This document shows, one piece after another, positions 29,197-36,917 of a stretch of 64,000 nt of DNA. How positions within the stretch are numbered: the stretch's first letter is position 1; each line of letters starts with the position of its first letter. The stretch is from an uncultured virus (IMG/VR IMGVR_UViG_3300033463_005796) (taxonomy: Duplodnaviria; Heunggongvirae; Uroviricota; Caudoviricetes), in IMG/VR virus record IMGVR_UViG_3300033463_005796. One strand, 5' to 3'. The translations under genes were made by a program, and so were the position numbers. The notes beneath the pieces are model-generated. The model was not told where the DNA came from and made no database searches. It was given only the letters and a program-made list of their open reading frames with translations.

Positions 29197-29277
29197 AGAG
29201 TCCGCTACTCTGCCGATTGAGTTACACCGGAATAATTGGTTCCGGTGGAGGGACTTGAACCCTCAACTCGCGGATTA
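29197..29277 (-). tRNA. circularly permuted tRNA, most likely Lys(CTT), split in the anticodon
   Basis: 3' half 29277-29237 (TAATCCGC...CACCGGAACCA) precedes 5' half 29231-29197 (TCCGGTG...GCGGACTCT); all four stems pair. Confidence 0.8.
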
Positions 29278-29352
29278 TGGCAAGGCACCCGGGAGTTGAA
29301 CCCGGCTCTTCGGGATGAAAGCCCGATGAACTAACCGATATTCGAGTGCCTC
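29278..29352 (-). tRNA. tRNA-Glu(TTC)
   Basis: TCGGG-CTTTCAT-CCCGA, G73, CCA. Confidence 0.9.
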
Positions 29353-29359
29353 ATTAAGC

Positions 29360-29435
29360 TGGCTCCCAGACCAGGATTCGGACCTGGAACTACCTGATTA
29401 ACAGTCAGGACTTCTACCAATTGAAGTATCTGGGA
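29360..29435 (-). tRNA. tRNA-Asn(GTT)
   Basis: CCTGA-CTGTTAA-TCAGG. Confidence 0.92.
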
Positions 29436-29455
29436 ATAATTGAAAATATTATACT

Positions 29456-29533
29456 TGGTCGGAGAGATAGGATTTGAACCTACGACATCTTGCTCCCAAA
29501 GCAAGCGCTCTAGCCAGACTGAGCTACTCTCCG
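29456..29533 (-). tRNA. tRNA-Pro(TGG)
   Basis: CTTGC-TTTGGGA-GCAAG. Confidence 0.93.
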
Positions 29534-29539
29534 TTAAGT

Positions 29540-29673
29540 TGGTTTGTCCAATAGGATTTTCACCTATATCACCGGCCGTATTCTCCGGTGTTCTTTCAGT
29601 CAAAGATAGGTCGACTCTGCTTTGACCTAGCGGCTCTCCATCATCTTGCTTCGTCCGCTTGAACTATGAACAA
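29540..29673 (-). ncRNA. tRNA-like RNA with a large structured D-loop insertion
   Basis: acceptor TTGTTCA/TGGACAA-ACCA, T arm ATAGG/CCTAT, D stem GTTC/GAAC enclosing about 67 nt, non-canonical anticodon loop. Confidence 0.7.
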
Positions 29674-29691
29674 ATGAAAAATGATTGATGT

Positions 29692-29768
29692 TGGTGGACA
29701 CGTGGGGACTCGAACCCCGATCCTCTGAGTGCAAATCAGAAATTCTAACCAAATTGAACTACCGGCCC
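29692..29768 (-). tRNA. tRNA-Ala(TGC), imperfect acceptor stem
   Basis: TCTGA-TTTGCAC-TCAGA, G3:U70. Confidence 0.82.
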
Positions 29769-29773
29769 ATGAA

Positions 29774-29932
29774 TGGTGGCGCCTGGTGGTAACGCTCCAC
29801 CCGTCCCGAAGGAGCAGATTTTGGCGGGCTCACGGGGAATCGAACCCCGAATAATGGATCGACAATCCATAGTTATAACCGTTTAACTATGAGCCCACAG
29901 TCTGCCGCCCCTCTTTAGAGCTATAAGACGCC
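29774..29932 (-). tRNA. tRNA-Tyr(GTA) interrupted in the anticodon by a complete tRNA-Asp
   Basis: 5' half 29932-29897 ends GCAGA-CTGT; 3' half 29821-29774 starts AAA-TCTGC; acceptor GGCGTCT/AGGCGCC-ACCA; long variable arm. Confidence 0.85.
29822..29896 (-). tRNA. tRNA-Asp(GTC), nested in tRNA-Tyr
   Basis: GGGCTCA/TGAGCCC-GCCA, ATGGA-TTGTCGA-TCCAT. Confidence 0.92.
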
Positions 29933-29965
29933 ATAGGAAAGTTTGTTCGTTTGTCACAGATCAAA

Positions 29966-30040
29966 TGGAGCCGGCTGAGAATTCCGAGATCTCGACCCGC
30001 GGTTTACAAAACCGCTGCTCTGCCGCTGAGCTAAGCCGGC
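29966..30040 (-). tRNA. tRNA-Thr(TGT)
   Basis: GCGGT-TTTGTAA-ACCGC, atypical T arm. Confidence 0.87.
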
Positions 30041-30102
30041 ATTTAGATATATTGTACCTAGTTATTTACTTTTTACTTTTTGTTTTTTCACTTATTTTTG
30101 TT

Positions 30103-30178
30103 TGGAGCCGAGGCTCAGGATCGAACTGAGAACCGATGCTTACGAGGCAACTGTTTTAACCAGTTAAACTATCCCGGC
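30103..30178 (-). tRNA. tRNA-Thr(CGT)
   Basis: GTTGC-CTCGTAA-GCATC. Confidence 0.88.
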
Positions 30179-30181
30179 ATG

Positions 30182-30325
30182 AATAGTTGTAGCAATACCA
30201 TACGTTTGCTCTTTTTCAGCCCCTACGTTCCAATCAATGCAGTTCATCACACAACAGGCTCGACTAGTATTACCTTCATGCAATTCCCTGAACGGAAAAG
30301 ACTAGCTCTTGGTGGGACAACTATT
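30182..30325 (-). ncRNA. candidate rod-shaped ncRNA
   Basis: terminal AATAGTTGT/ACAACTATT plus nested short stems. Confidence 0.45.
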
Positions 30326-30340
30326 AAGAACCTTTAAAAA

Positions 30341-30583
30341 TCAAACTGAATAATCATGATCTAGATATTCATCAGTGAAGACATTATACCTATTGATGCC
30401 AACGATCTTTTTGCCGAAATCATTCTGAGAAATCATTAGCGTCCGTCTCTGAAGGCTGTCTCCCTTCTTCCAAATTGGCTTCTTGAAGACAAGCATAATG
30501 CTGCCGCCCCAAGGCTCCCAACCAATGATGTCTTTCACTGAAACTTTTTTCGTGCGATGAGCTGACTGGTCGTAGAATTTCAT
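30341..30583 (-). CDS. hypothetical protein
   Basis: ORF with AAGGAA RBS and class I promoter upstream. Confidence 0.6.
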   Translation of the reverse strand: MKFYDQSAHRTKKVSVKDIIGWEPWGGSIMLVFKKPIWKKGDSLQRRTLMISQNDFGKKIVGINRYNVFTDEYLDHDYSV

Positions 30584-30777
30584 GTGTGTTTTCCTTGTTG
30601 TTCGTTTGACGATTTGATTATATCAAGATTGGATTTCTTTAGCAGACTAAATTCAGATTTGAAAAAATTTTGACTTTCTTAAAAAGTGACCCTTACGCCC
30701 CAGAGTATTTTTCAATTTTATGGTTTTGCCCGGGAATGAAAAACTGATACGCATGGAGCAGCTAGCAAAGGATGGAG

Positions 30778-30851
30778 GCAGAACCGAGGTAAAAGTTCGG
30801 CATGAAGCACTTAAGATACGCAACGAATCCGTCATCTCCATTTTAATCTGC
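30778..30851 (-). ncRNA. structured RNA motif copy 1 (three-way junction with pseudoknot)
   Basis: paralog at 50589-50651 with compensatory change. Confidence 0.65.
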
Positions 30852-30880
30852 CTGCGCGCGACTTGCCACCTTGCCAATTA

Positions 30881-31025
30881 GGATCATCTAGCCAGACTTG
30901 CACTGACGGCTCCCACTGAAATGTACACGCTCTACCGGACTGAGCTACAGTACCCTTTCGAGTACCGATTGGATTTGAACCAATGACCTTGTGGTGTGGC
31001 GCTCTACTACCTGAGCTATAGATGA
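30881..31025 (-). ncRNA. double-tRNA (dumbbell) RNA
   Basis: outer tRNA halves enclose a permuted tRNA domain whose acceptor stem is capped by GAAA. Confidence 0.8.
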
Positions 31026-31026
31026 A

Positions 31027-31133
31027 TGGTCGCCACAGCAGGATCGTCCTGCATTCCCGGAGTCATGCTAATGCCTCGCAAGCAAAGCTGGGGCTCCAGT
31101 GTCCTAGGATTAAATTCTTTAGACGATGTGGCT
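31027..31133 (-). ncRNA. tRNA-like RNA with expanded anticodon arm
   Basis: GCCACA/TGTGGC-GACCA, GTCT/AGGAC D arm, CTGGAG/CTCCGG stem with 31-nt insert, GCAGG/CCTGC T arm. Confidence 0.7.
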
Positions 31134-31163
31134 TTGTTGAACTTTTGGCTGCGATAACCAATT

Positions 31164-31256
31164 TGGCGCGTTTTGCTAGGGTTTTGCCCTTGTCACCAGA
31201 CCCAGTCAGGAGTCAAACCTTACTAGAGGTCGAATCGAACGGCACTTTCACCGCGC
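31164..31256 (-). ncRNA. candidate CCA-ended ncRNA with two T-loop-like motifs
   Basis: GCGCG/CGCGC closing stem, GTTCGATTC and GGTTTGACTCC. Confidence 0.45.
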
Positions 31257-31306
31257 TAGAACTCGGTTGCTTTCAACTTAAATATTTTACAGATCTCTTT
31301 CTGCTT

Positions 31307-31618
31307 TTAAAATCCCGCAGTCTTCTTTGTGAAAGCTTTTGCCTTAGCTTTCATCGCTTTGTAGACTTCTCTCTGCCGAGGAGTAGGGACAAGATAGCGG
31401 TTGTATGTCTTGCCGTCTTTGCCCTCATAAGCGTCAAAGTGGATGACAACAAGGTCTCCATGGCGCATCTGAACTCTTTTGTGAAGCCGGCAGTCATAGG
31501 CAAAGACATTGCCAACATGGCCCTTGGCGTCAATGTTGTCTTGCGTGCTAAACTGAAGCGGCATCATCTTCTGAGACTCAGAGAATGAAAGGCAGTCATT
31601 GTGCGGGTTGAAATACAT
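31307..31618 (-). CDS. hypothetical protein
   Basis: ORF with AAGGAAA RBS. Confidence 0.6.
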   Translation of the reverse strand: MYFNPHNDCLSFSESQKMMPLQFSTQDNIDAKGHVGNVFAYDCRLHKRVQMRHGDLVVIHFDAYEGKDGKTYNRYLVPTPRQREVYKAMKAKAKAFTKKTAGF

Positions 31619-31646
31619 GTGTTTGTTTCCTTTTCTTTGTTGTTAT

Positions 31647-31985
31647 TTATTGTTTGTCGTTTTCTAAATCAGCTTCAAGCTCAGATGCGTTAGCATCCCA
31701 ACTTTCTACTTCAAATGAGAGTTTCATCCATGGGTCAGCTGTGAAGTCTTTTTCAACCCAGAATCCGCCAGATGCCATGCAGTCGACATCTGCATTTGCG
31801 CAATCCCACATAAGGCGTGATGCCTCTTCTTTGATCTGCTCTACAGTTGGCACATCTCCAACAGTCGCCCACTTCCATCCAAGAGCGTCCATGACTTGAT
31901 GGACTATGTCAAAGTTGAAATTGTCAAAGATGTCATTCAAGACATCAATGCACTGTTCTTTGTTGCTGTCAGTTATCTTGTTCAT
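31647..31985 (-). CDS. hypothetical phage protein
   Basis: IFDNFNFDIVHQVMDALGWKW...SGGF. Confidence 0.7.
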   Translation of the reverse strand: MNKITDSNKEQCIDVLNDIFDNFNFDIVHQVMDALGWKWATVGDVPTVEQIKEEASRLMWDCANADVDCMASGGFWVEKDFTADPWMKLSFEVESWDANASELEADLENDKQ

Positions 31986-32036
31986 GTCGTTACGTCTATA
32001 TTATATCAAGCTTTCTTGCAGTCTAGCAGAGCACTT

Positions 32037-33119
32037 TTAAATTTTTCTTCCATTGACTTCAACAATCTTTGGAATGATCTCACCAGACTTAAGGACTTTG
32101 ACATTGGCGCCAGGATGGATGTCATTCTTCGTGATGAAGTCTACATTGTAGAGGCTTGCTTTCTGGACAATTGTCCCTGCAAGCTCAACCGGGTCAAGCA
32201 AAGCGACTGGGACAAACTTGCCGTCTTTGGATGGACCAGTCCATTCAATCCCTACGACTACTGAATCTGCAATAGACTCATTGATCTTGTAAGCAATCTG
32301 GTTCTCTGGAATGAGCTTGTCTTCATTCCTGTAGCTGTCATCAGACATGACAAGGCCATCGACTCCATAAGGGAATGGCTGCTTGACATAGCGGCGAAGC
32401 TCTTCATTGAAGCGCTCAAAGCTTTCAGCTGTCAGAGTGTAGACTTCAGTTGGCGTGATAGTCTTGTTCCAAGCTACATAGAAGCCATTCTTCTCAAGGA
32501 ATTCAAACTGCTCTTTCTTAGTGAACTTGTCGCCAAACACCGTGTAAGCGACAAATGTGATCTTCTTCAGGTCTTCAGTGATGTCTTTGCGTCCAACAAT
32601 CCCTGCAGTAGCATTGCGAGGATTGGCAAAGTCAAGGCCTTCAAAGTCTTTTTCAAGGATGACAAGCTCACCACGGATGTCAAGAGTGCTCTTGTCATAG
32701 ATCGACTTTGGAACATAGCTGACGCTGAAGATCTTGTCAGTGATGTTCTCACCTCTGCTTCCATCTCCACGAGTAGTTGCAGATACTAAGCTTCCATTCT
32801 CATAATGGAGCCTGCAGCTGATGCCATCGACTTTAGCACTGATGTTCAGTCCAGTCGTGACATGGCTGTTAAGCCACTTCTCAAGGTTCTCGGGCTCTTC
32901 AGCTTTGAACTTCTCAAGAGAGCCCATAGGATATGGATGCTGGACTTTGCCAGCTTTCTCAAACAGCGTTGAACGGAACTTTGTCCACTCTTCAAATGAA
33001 AGATTGCTTCTAAGCTCATCACAAAGGCCATCAAACTCCTGGTCAGACATCACAGGATTGCCTTCACGATAAGCAACGTTAGCAGAAATGATTTTGCTCT
33101 TGAGTTCAGCAGTAGTCAT
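32037..33119 (-). CDS. ligA: NAD-dependent DNA ligase, N-terminal part (Ia, adenylation, OB domains)
   Basis: YREGNPVMSDQEFD, HPYPMGSLEK, KVDG, TRGDGSRGENIT, RGE, NPRNATAG, DGLV, AYK, KSGEIIPKI then stop. Confidence 0.9.
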   Translation of the reverse strand: MTTAELKSKIISANVAYREGNPVMSDQEFDGLCDELRSNLSFEEWTKFRSTLFEKAGKVQHPYPMGSLEKFKAEEPENLEKWLNSHVTTGLNISAKVDGISCRLHYENGSLVSATTRGDGSRGENITDKIFSVSYVPKSIYDKSTLDIRGELVILEKDFEGLDFANPRNATAGIVGRKDITEDLKKITFVAYTVFGDKFTKKEQFEFLEKNGFYVAWNKTITPTEVYTLTAESFERFNEELRRYVKQPFPYGVDGLVMSDDSYRNEDKLIPENQIAYKINESIADSVVVGIEWTGPSKDGKFVPVALLDPVELAGTIVQKASLYNVDFITKNDIHPGANVKVLKSGEIIPKIVEVNGRKI

Positions 33120-33166
33120 TGTCTTAGTCTTAGTTTGTTTACAAGATTATTATATCAAGCTGTAAA

Positions 33167-33535
33167 CTAATTGGCAGACTCATTTTTATTATTTTGTTTT
33201 CCAAAGAATGCATTGTTGATGCATCTTCCAGTGTACTTGATGAATTCACTGAGCCCAATTGCCATGACAAACACATATGCAATGGCGACTAGACTTCCAA
33301 CAATTCCAAGCACAATGACCAATGGCGCCCACAAGAAGAACGTAATCTGCCATGTAGTAAGCCTGAATGCATCTAGCCAATAGCCAACAGTGTCAGCAAT
33401 AAAAAGGAAGACTGTTGCTCGAATGCATCCGCAGCAGATGACTGAAATCGTGTTGATGAAGTTCATAATGGACTTCTTTGCTTCTTCAAGCTCTTCCTTG
33501 CTGTAGTTGAAATATTTGTTGTCTTTGTTTTCCAT
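33167..33535 (-). CDS. membrane protein
   Basis: hydrophobic segments. Confidence 0.55.
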   Translation of the reverse strand: MENKDNKYFNYSKEELEEAKKSIMNFINTISVICCGCIRATVFLFIADTVGYWLDAFRLTTWQITFFLWAPLVIVLGIVGSLVAIAYVFVMAIGLSEFIKYTGRCINNAFFGKQNNKNESAN

Positions 33536-33566
33536 AGTAATAATTTACCCTTTAGTTGAAAACACT

Positions 33567-34022
33567 TTAGTCCAATTTCTTTTCAAACTTTAGTTTTCCA
33601 CGCTCAATGAAATACTGCTTGATGTCCATGCTGCCAACAAATTCATCATACTCTACAACATTTGCAGCACAACCAATGACCATCAATGAGCTGTTTTCAG
33701 AACCAGGCATATTAACAACTAAGATCTTCTTCTCCTTAGCAAATGCATATCCACATTCCCATGCTGTTCCAGCACTAGCTCCATTCCGTCCAAAGTTGCA
33801 AAGGACAATCCAATCAGCATGATCAATAGCTACGACATCCATTGTGAAGACACATTGTCCCCACATCTCCATTGTGATTCCCCACTCATTGGGGACTTTA
33901 TGAAGGCCCGGGCGATAGACATCATCGACATCAAACTTAGTCAATAGCTTCTGATAGATTCCACTGACTAAGTTCTTTACCTTGTCTTCAGCTACAACTG
34001 GTCCTGCCAAATAGACTTTCAT
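33567..34022 (-). CDS. nucleoside 2-deoxyribosyltransferase family protein
   Basis: KVYLAGP, DVVAIDHAD, AGTAWECGYAFAKEK. Confidence 0.85.
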   Translation of the reverse strand: MKVYLAGPVVAEDKVKNLVSGIYQKLLTKFDVDDVYRPGLHKVPNEWGITMEMWGQCVFTMDVVAIDHADWIVLCNFGRNGASAGTAWECGYAFAKEKKILVVNMPGSENSSLMVIGCAANVVEYDEFVGSMDIKQYFIERGKLKFEKKLD

Positions 34023-34306
34023 TTGACAAACTTTACTTCAAGATCTATCTTATGGTATGTAAATGGATATTTAGCTTTAAGCTTGTCGGCCATGACCTTT
34101 TCAAAGCTCCGCTTAAGGACATCAGCATCATACATCATTCTGTCATCTCCTCCATTGATTTTGCCAGGGAGGAGACGGGTGTTCTCTACGATCTTTCCTT
34201 CCTCAACAAAAATCGGAGGATCAAGATCCATGACAACTTTCCATTTTGCAGCAATCTTACTTTTCATTTTGTTTTTCCTTTTCGTTTTATCAAAGTTCGT
34301 GGACAA
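34019..34306 (-). CDS. hypothetical protein
   Basis: ATGA overlap with next gene. Confidence 0.55.
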   Translation of the reverse strand: MSTNFDKTKRKNKMKSKIAAKWKVVMDLDPPIFVEEGKIVENTRLLPGKINGGDDRMMYDADVLKRSFEKVMADKLKAKYPFTYHKIDLEVKFVK

Positions 34307-34568
34307 TTGTTTTCATAAGATACCGAAGTTTTCTAGGCTTAGGTTTGAAGCCTTGTTCCCAATAGTCCTTTTGCTTTTTGACATAGTTCATTGCCTCATC
34401 CAACGAATCAAAAGAAATGACCTTTCTTGTTGTGGGAAACAGCCCATCATCAAAAGCATAATATTGCCAGCCATGCCACCAGTCCCCGATCTGAGGGAAA
34501 TACTTGATGGTGTCATCACTGTAGTGGTTCTCTGCAACTCTGAACTTGTGTTTCATACTAGCCTCCAT
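34290..34568 (-). CDS. hypothetical protein
   Basis: ORF in packed block. Confidence 0.55.
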   Translation of the reverse strand: MEASMKHKFRVAENHYSDDTIKYFPQIGDWWHGWQYYAFDDGLFPTTRKVISFDSLDEAMNYVKKQKDYWEQGFKPKPRKLRYLMKTIVHEL

Positions 34569-34578
34569 AAGTAGATGT

Positions 34579-35247
34579 TCATTTTGCCACTCTTACTTTG
34601 TCGTGGCCTCGCTCAATATTTGCATTAAGATAATCTTCAAGCGAACCTTCTTCTAGTTCACGATTCTTTCTGTCAATATCGATGATTTCATCAAGCGTTC
34701 TTGGCGCATAATCCATTCCTCGAATCATGCAACCAACATTATACATTCGAGATTCATGAAGGTAAAGATCTTCAATTTGCTTGCGGACATGCTTGATGCA
34801 TTGCGCATCCCAAGAAATATGGACATGGCCATAAAGATGGTAGGTGTTGTCGTGGTGCATGTTCACGAAGAAAGGCATCGGCGAATGGTTCAGTACCACA
34901 TAGCGTGCCTTACCATTAGCTCCTGGATCCTGGACCACTTCCTGGTGAGACCAATTCCTAATGAAGTTGTACTCCTTCAGAAGATTCAGAATCTCAGTCT
35001 TGTCATGGTTGCCCTTGACTATGTGCTTCTGGCCGTTGAGCTGCTTGAGAATCCGGACCCACTCTTCATACTTGTTGGACCAGACCACATCCCCAAGAAT
35101 GTAGACTGTATCATTTGGATCAACTGTCTTGTTCCAAAGCTCAATCATGTCATGCTCCATGTTGACAGTATTTGCCCAAGGACGATTGTCATAGCGCATA
35201 ATGTTCTTATGGCCGAAGTGCGTATCTGAAATGTATCTGATAGCCAT
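34579..35247 (-). CDS. calcineurin-like metallophosphoesterase
   Basis: SDTHFGH, LGD, GNHD, H.P, YGHVH, NVG. Confidence 0.9.
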   Translation of the reverse strand: MAIRYISDTHFGHKNIMRYDNRPWANTVNMEHDMIELWNKTVDPNDTVYILGDVVWSNKYEEWVRILKQLNGQKHIVKGNHDKTEILNLLKEYNFIRNWSHQEVVQDPGANGKARYVVLNHSPMPFFVNMHHDNTYHLYGHVHISWDAQCIKHVRKQIEDLYLHESRMYNVGCMIRGMDYAPRTLDEIIDIDRKNRELEEGSLEDYLNANIERGHDKVRVAK

Positions 35248-35248
35248 C

Positions 35249-35512
35249 TTATTTTCTTGCCTTTCTTTTATTGATTAAATCAATCATCTTTGGCTCTACA
35301 TGGAACCAGCAACGCTCACCATCTGGATATTCAAGCATCAATGCTAATAAACCACTTCTAGGCCTCACTTGCAAACGGGAAGCATCACACCAGCCATAAG
35401 CACTCTCACAAAGAGTATCAGTATCAAGCATTCCTAATGCTCTAGAATCATATAGTTCATAAATGAACAGTTCTGGAGAAAGTTCTTCAAGTTTATTCAT
35501 TGCTTTAATCAA
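35249..35512 (-). CDS. hypothetical protein
   Basis: ORF in packed block. Confidence 0.55.
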   Translation of the reverse strand: MIKAMNKLEELSPELFIYELYDSRALGMLDTDTLCESAYGWCDASRLQVRPRSGLLALMLEYPDGERCWFHVEPKMIDLINKRKARK

Positions 35513-35784
35513 TCAAGTTTCATGAATTGATCTGTAAGTTTGTCTGGATCAATTCTTTTAAACTCTTTTTTCAAATAAGGCAAAAGAGTCTTTGCTATTC
35601 GATAACAGTCAGGACAATTGCATGGTTCATCTGTGTGGACCATTGACTCTTGACCATACTCAACGTGTGGCGTATCCCAAGCAAGACCACAGAGCGTAAA
35701 CTCATAAGCATTGATTCCGCCTGAAACACCATTCCAAAGATGGACAACGCCTGTTGAAGGTTCTTTAAAGTTAAGTGCTTTCAT
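35509..35784 (-). CDS. hypothetical protein, possible Zn binding
   Basis: H...TLCG...CPDC; class I promoter upstream. Confidence 0.6.
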   Translation of the reverse strand: MKALNFKEPSTGVVHLWNGVSGGINAYEFTLCGLAWDTPHVEYGQESMVHTDEPCNCPDCYRIAKTLLPYLKKEFKRIDPDKLTDQFMKLD

Positions 35785-35849
35785 TTTATCTGATAATTTA
35801 ATTATATCAAACTGTTTAAAAATTGGCAGACTAAAGTAATTAATTATTT

Positions 35850-36290
35850 ATGCCGCTTTCATTTCCAGTATATTGGCTTCTTAGCTCCGGTGGAACACTT
35901 GGAGTCAACTGGAATGCAGGAACTGAACTTGCATCTAACAAAGGTGTCTGGCATGGTGGTGGCAGTGGATGCTCTATTGAGATAACTAAGATTGGAAGTG
36001 TCTACTGGAAATGCACATCAGGATCTGAAGCGAACTTAGGAAGAGGAGGAAATCCAGATTTGAATGGTCCAGATGTCTATATCTGGTTCAAGAACAAAGC
36101 TAATGGAAAAATCATCGGTGGATTCTTAGACAGATGGACTTTAGACCGTCCTCGTTTACGTGGATTTGGAAATATCAAAAAGCTTTGGCATATGAATCCA
36201 GCACTTATAATTGCTACTTCCAGTGAAGCTCAATTAGGATTATGTGGCCAGAATGGTGGAGTAAAGTCTCCTTGGTATCGGTTAGGTTAA
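35850..36290 (+). CDS. hypothetical protein (lone + strand gene)
   Basis: 146-aa ORF filling the gap, AAGTAATTA upstream. Confidence 0.6.
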   Translation: MPLSFPVYWLLSSGGTLGVNWNAGTELASNKGVWHGGGSGCSIEITKIGSVYWKCTSGSEANLGRGGNPDLNGPDVYIWFKNKANGKIIGGFLDRWTLDRPRLRGFGNIKKLWHMNPALIIATSSEAQLGLCGQNGGVKSPWYRLG

Positions 36291-36917
36291 GCTGTCTAAG
36301 ACATAGCACCATTGCTCTATCTCTTCTTCATTAAGCTGTATCTTATAGCCAATCTTCCATAGTTCTTCTGCTGTTATTGTGCAGAGGAGCTTTTCTTTTT
36401 TAGAATTAGTCTCTTTGATGACTTGGAACTTTTGAAGTGGGACATTGCTTTCAGCTATCAGTTCCTTGAATCCCTCTCTGTCGTCATTCCATCCATGGAA
36501 ATCTGGATAGACATTGTCCATCAGCCATTTTGCCAGAGCAGTGCTTGAGACTAAGACAATGGAATCTTTCTCACAAAACGCAATGAATCTGTCTTGGACA
36601 TCTGGATTCTCTATTTTGACTTCCAACGAAACATCCCGTTTGTTTCCATTTGTATCGAATGGACATATCCAATGGTTGTCCCAGTCTATCTTTGTCTTGA
36701 TTCCCTTTGGTGATTTAGCGTCAAAAGCTATCCAATCTTTTCCGTTTCGTCGAAGGAAAAAATCACATTTGAGAGCATGGTCTTCATGCCAATTTTTCCT
36801 TGACCGCATTTCAATTGTTTTGTCGAATGGGTACTTTGCCCTTGTCCGTGATAAGATGATCTTTGAAACAAATTCTTCTATTGGACCTGCATATTTTTCG
36901 AAATCTTCTTTTGGCAC
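36282..36917 (-). CDS. hypothetical protein, possible PD-(D/E)xK nuclease fold
   Basis: CDFF...FDAKS spacing only. Confidence 0.5.
   Translation of the reverse strand: MPKEDFEKYAGPIEEFVSKIILSRTRAKYPFDKTIEMRSRKNWHEDHALKCDFFLRRNGKDWIAFDAKSPKGIKTKIDWDNHWICPFDTNGNKRDVSLEVKIENPDVQDRFIAFCEKDSIVLVSSTALAKWLMDNVYPDFHGWNDDREGFKELIAESNVPLQKFQVIKETNSKKEKLLCTITAEELWKIGYKIQLNEEEIEQWCYVLDSLT

Noticed and set aside
26858..30337. ORFs called across the tRNA array (also 41869..42259, 30653..30877)
   Set aside because: They overlap tRNA and ncRNA genes and have no protein-like features
25772..32036. Giant intron or intein joining the two ligase halves
   Set aside because: Both halves have own promoter, start and stop; no group I/II core or intein motifs seen; interval holds independent genes
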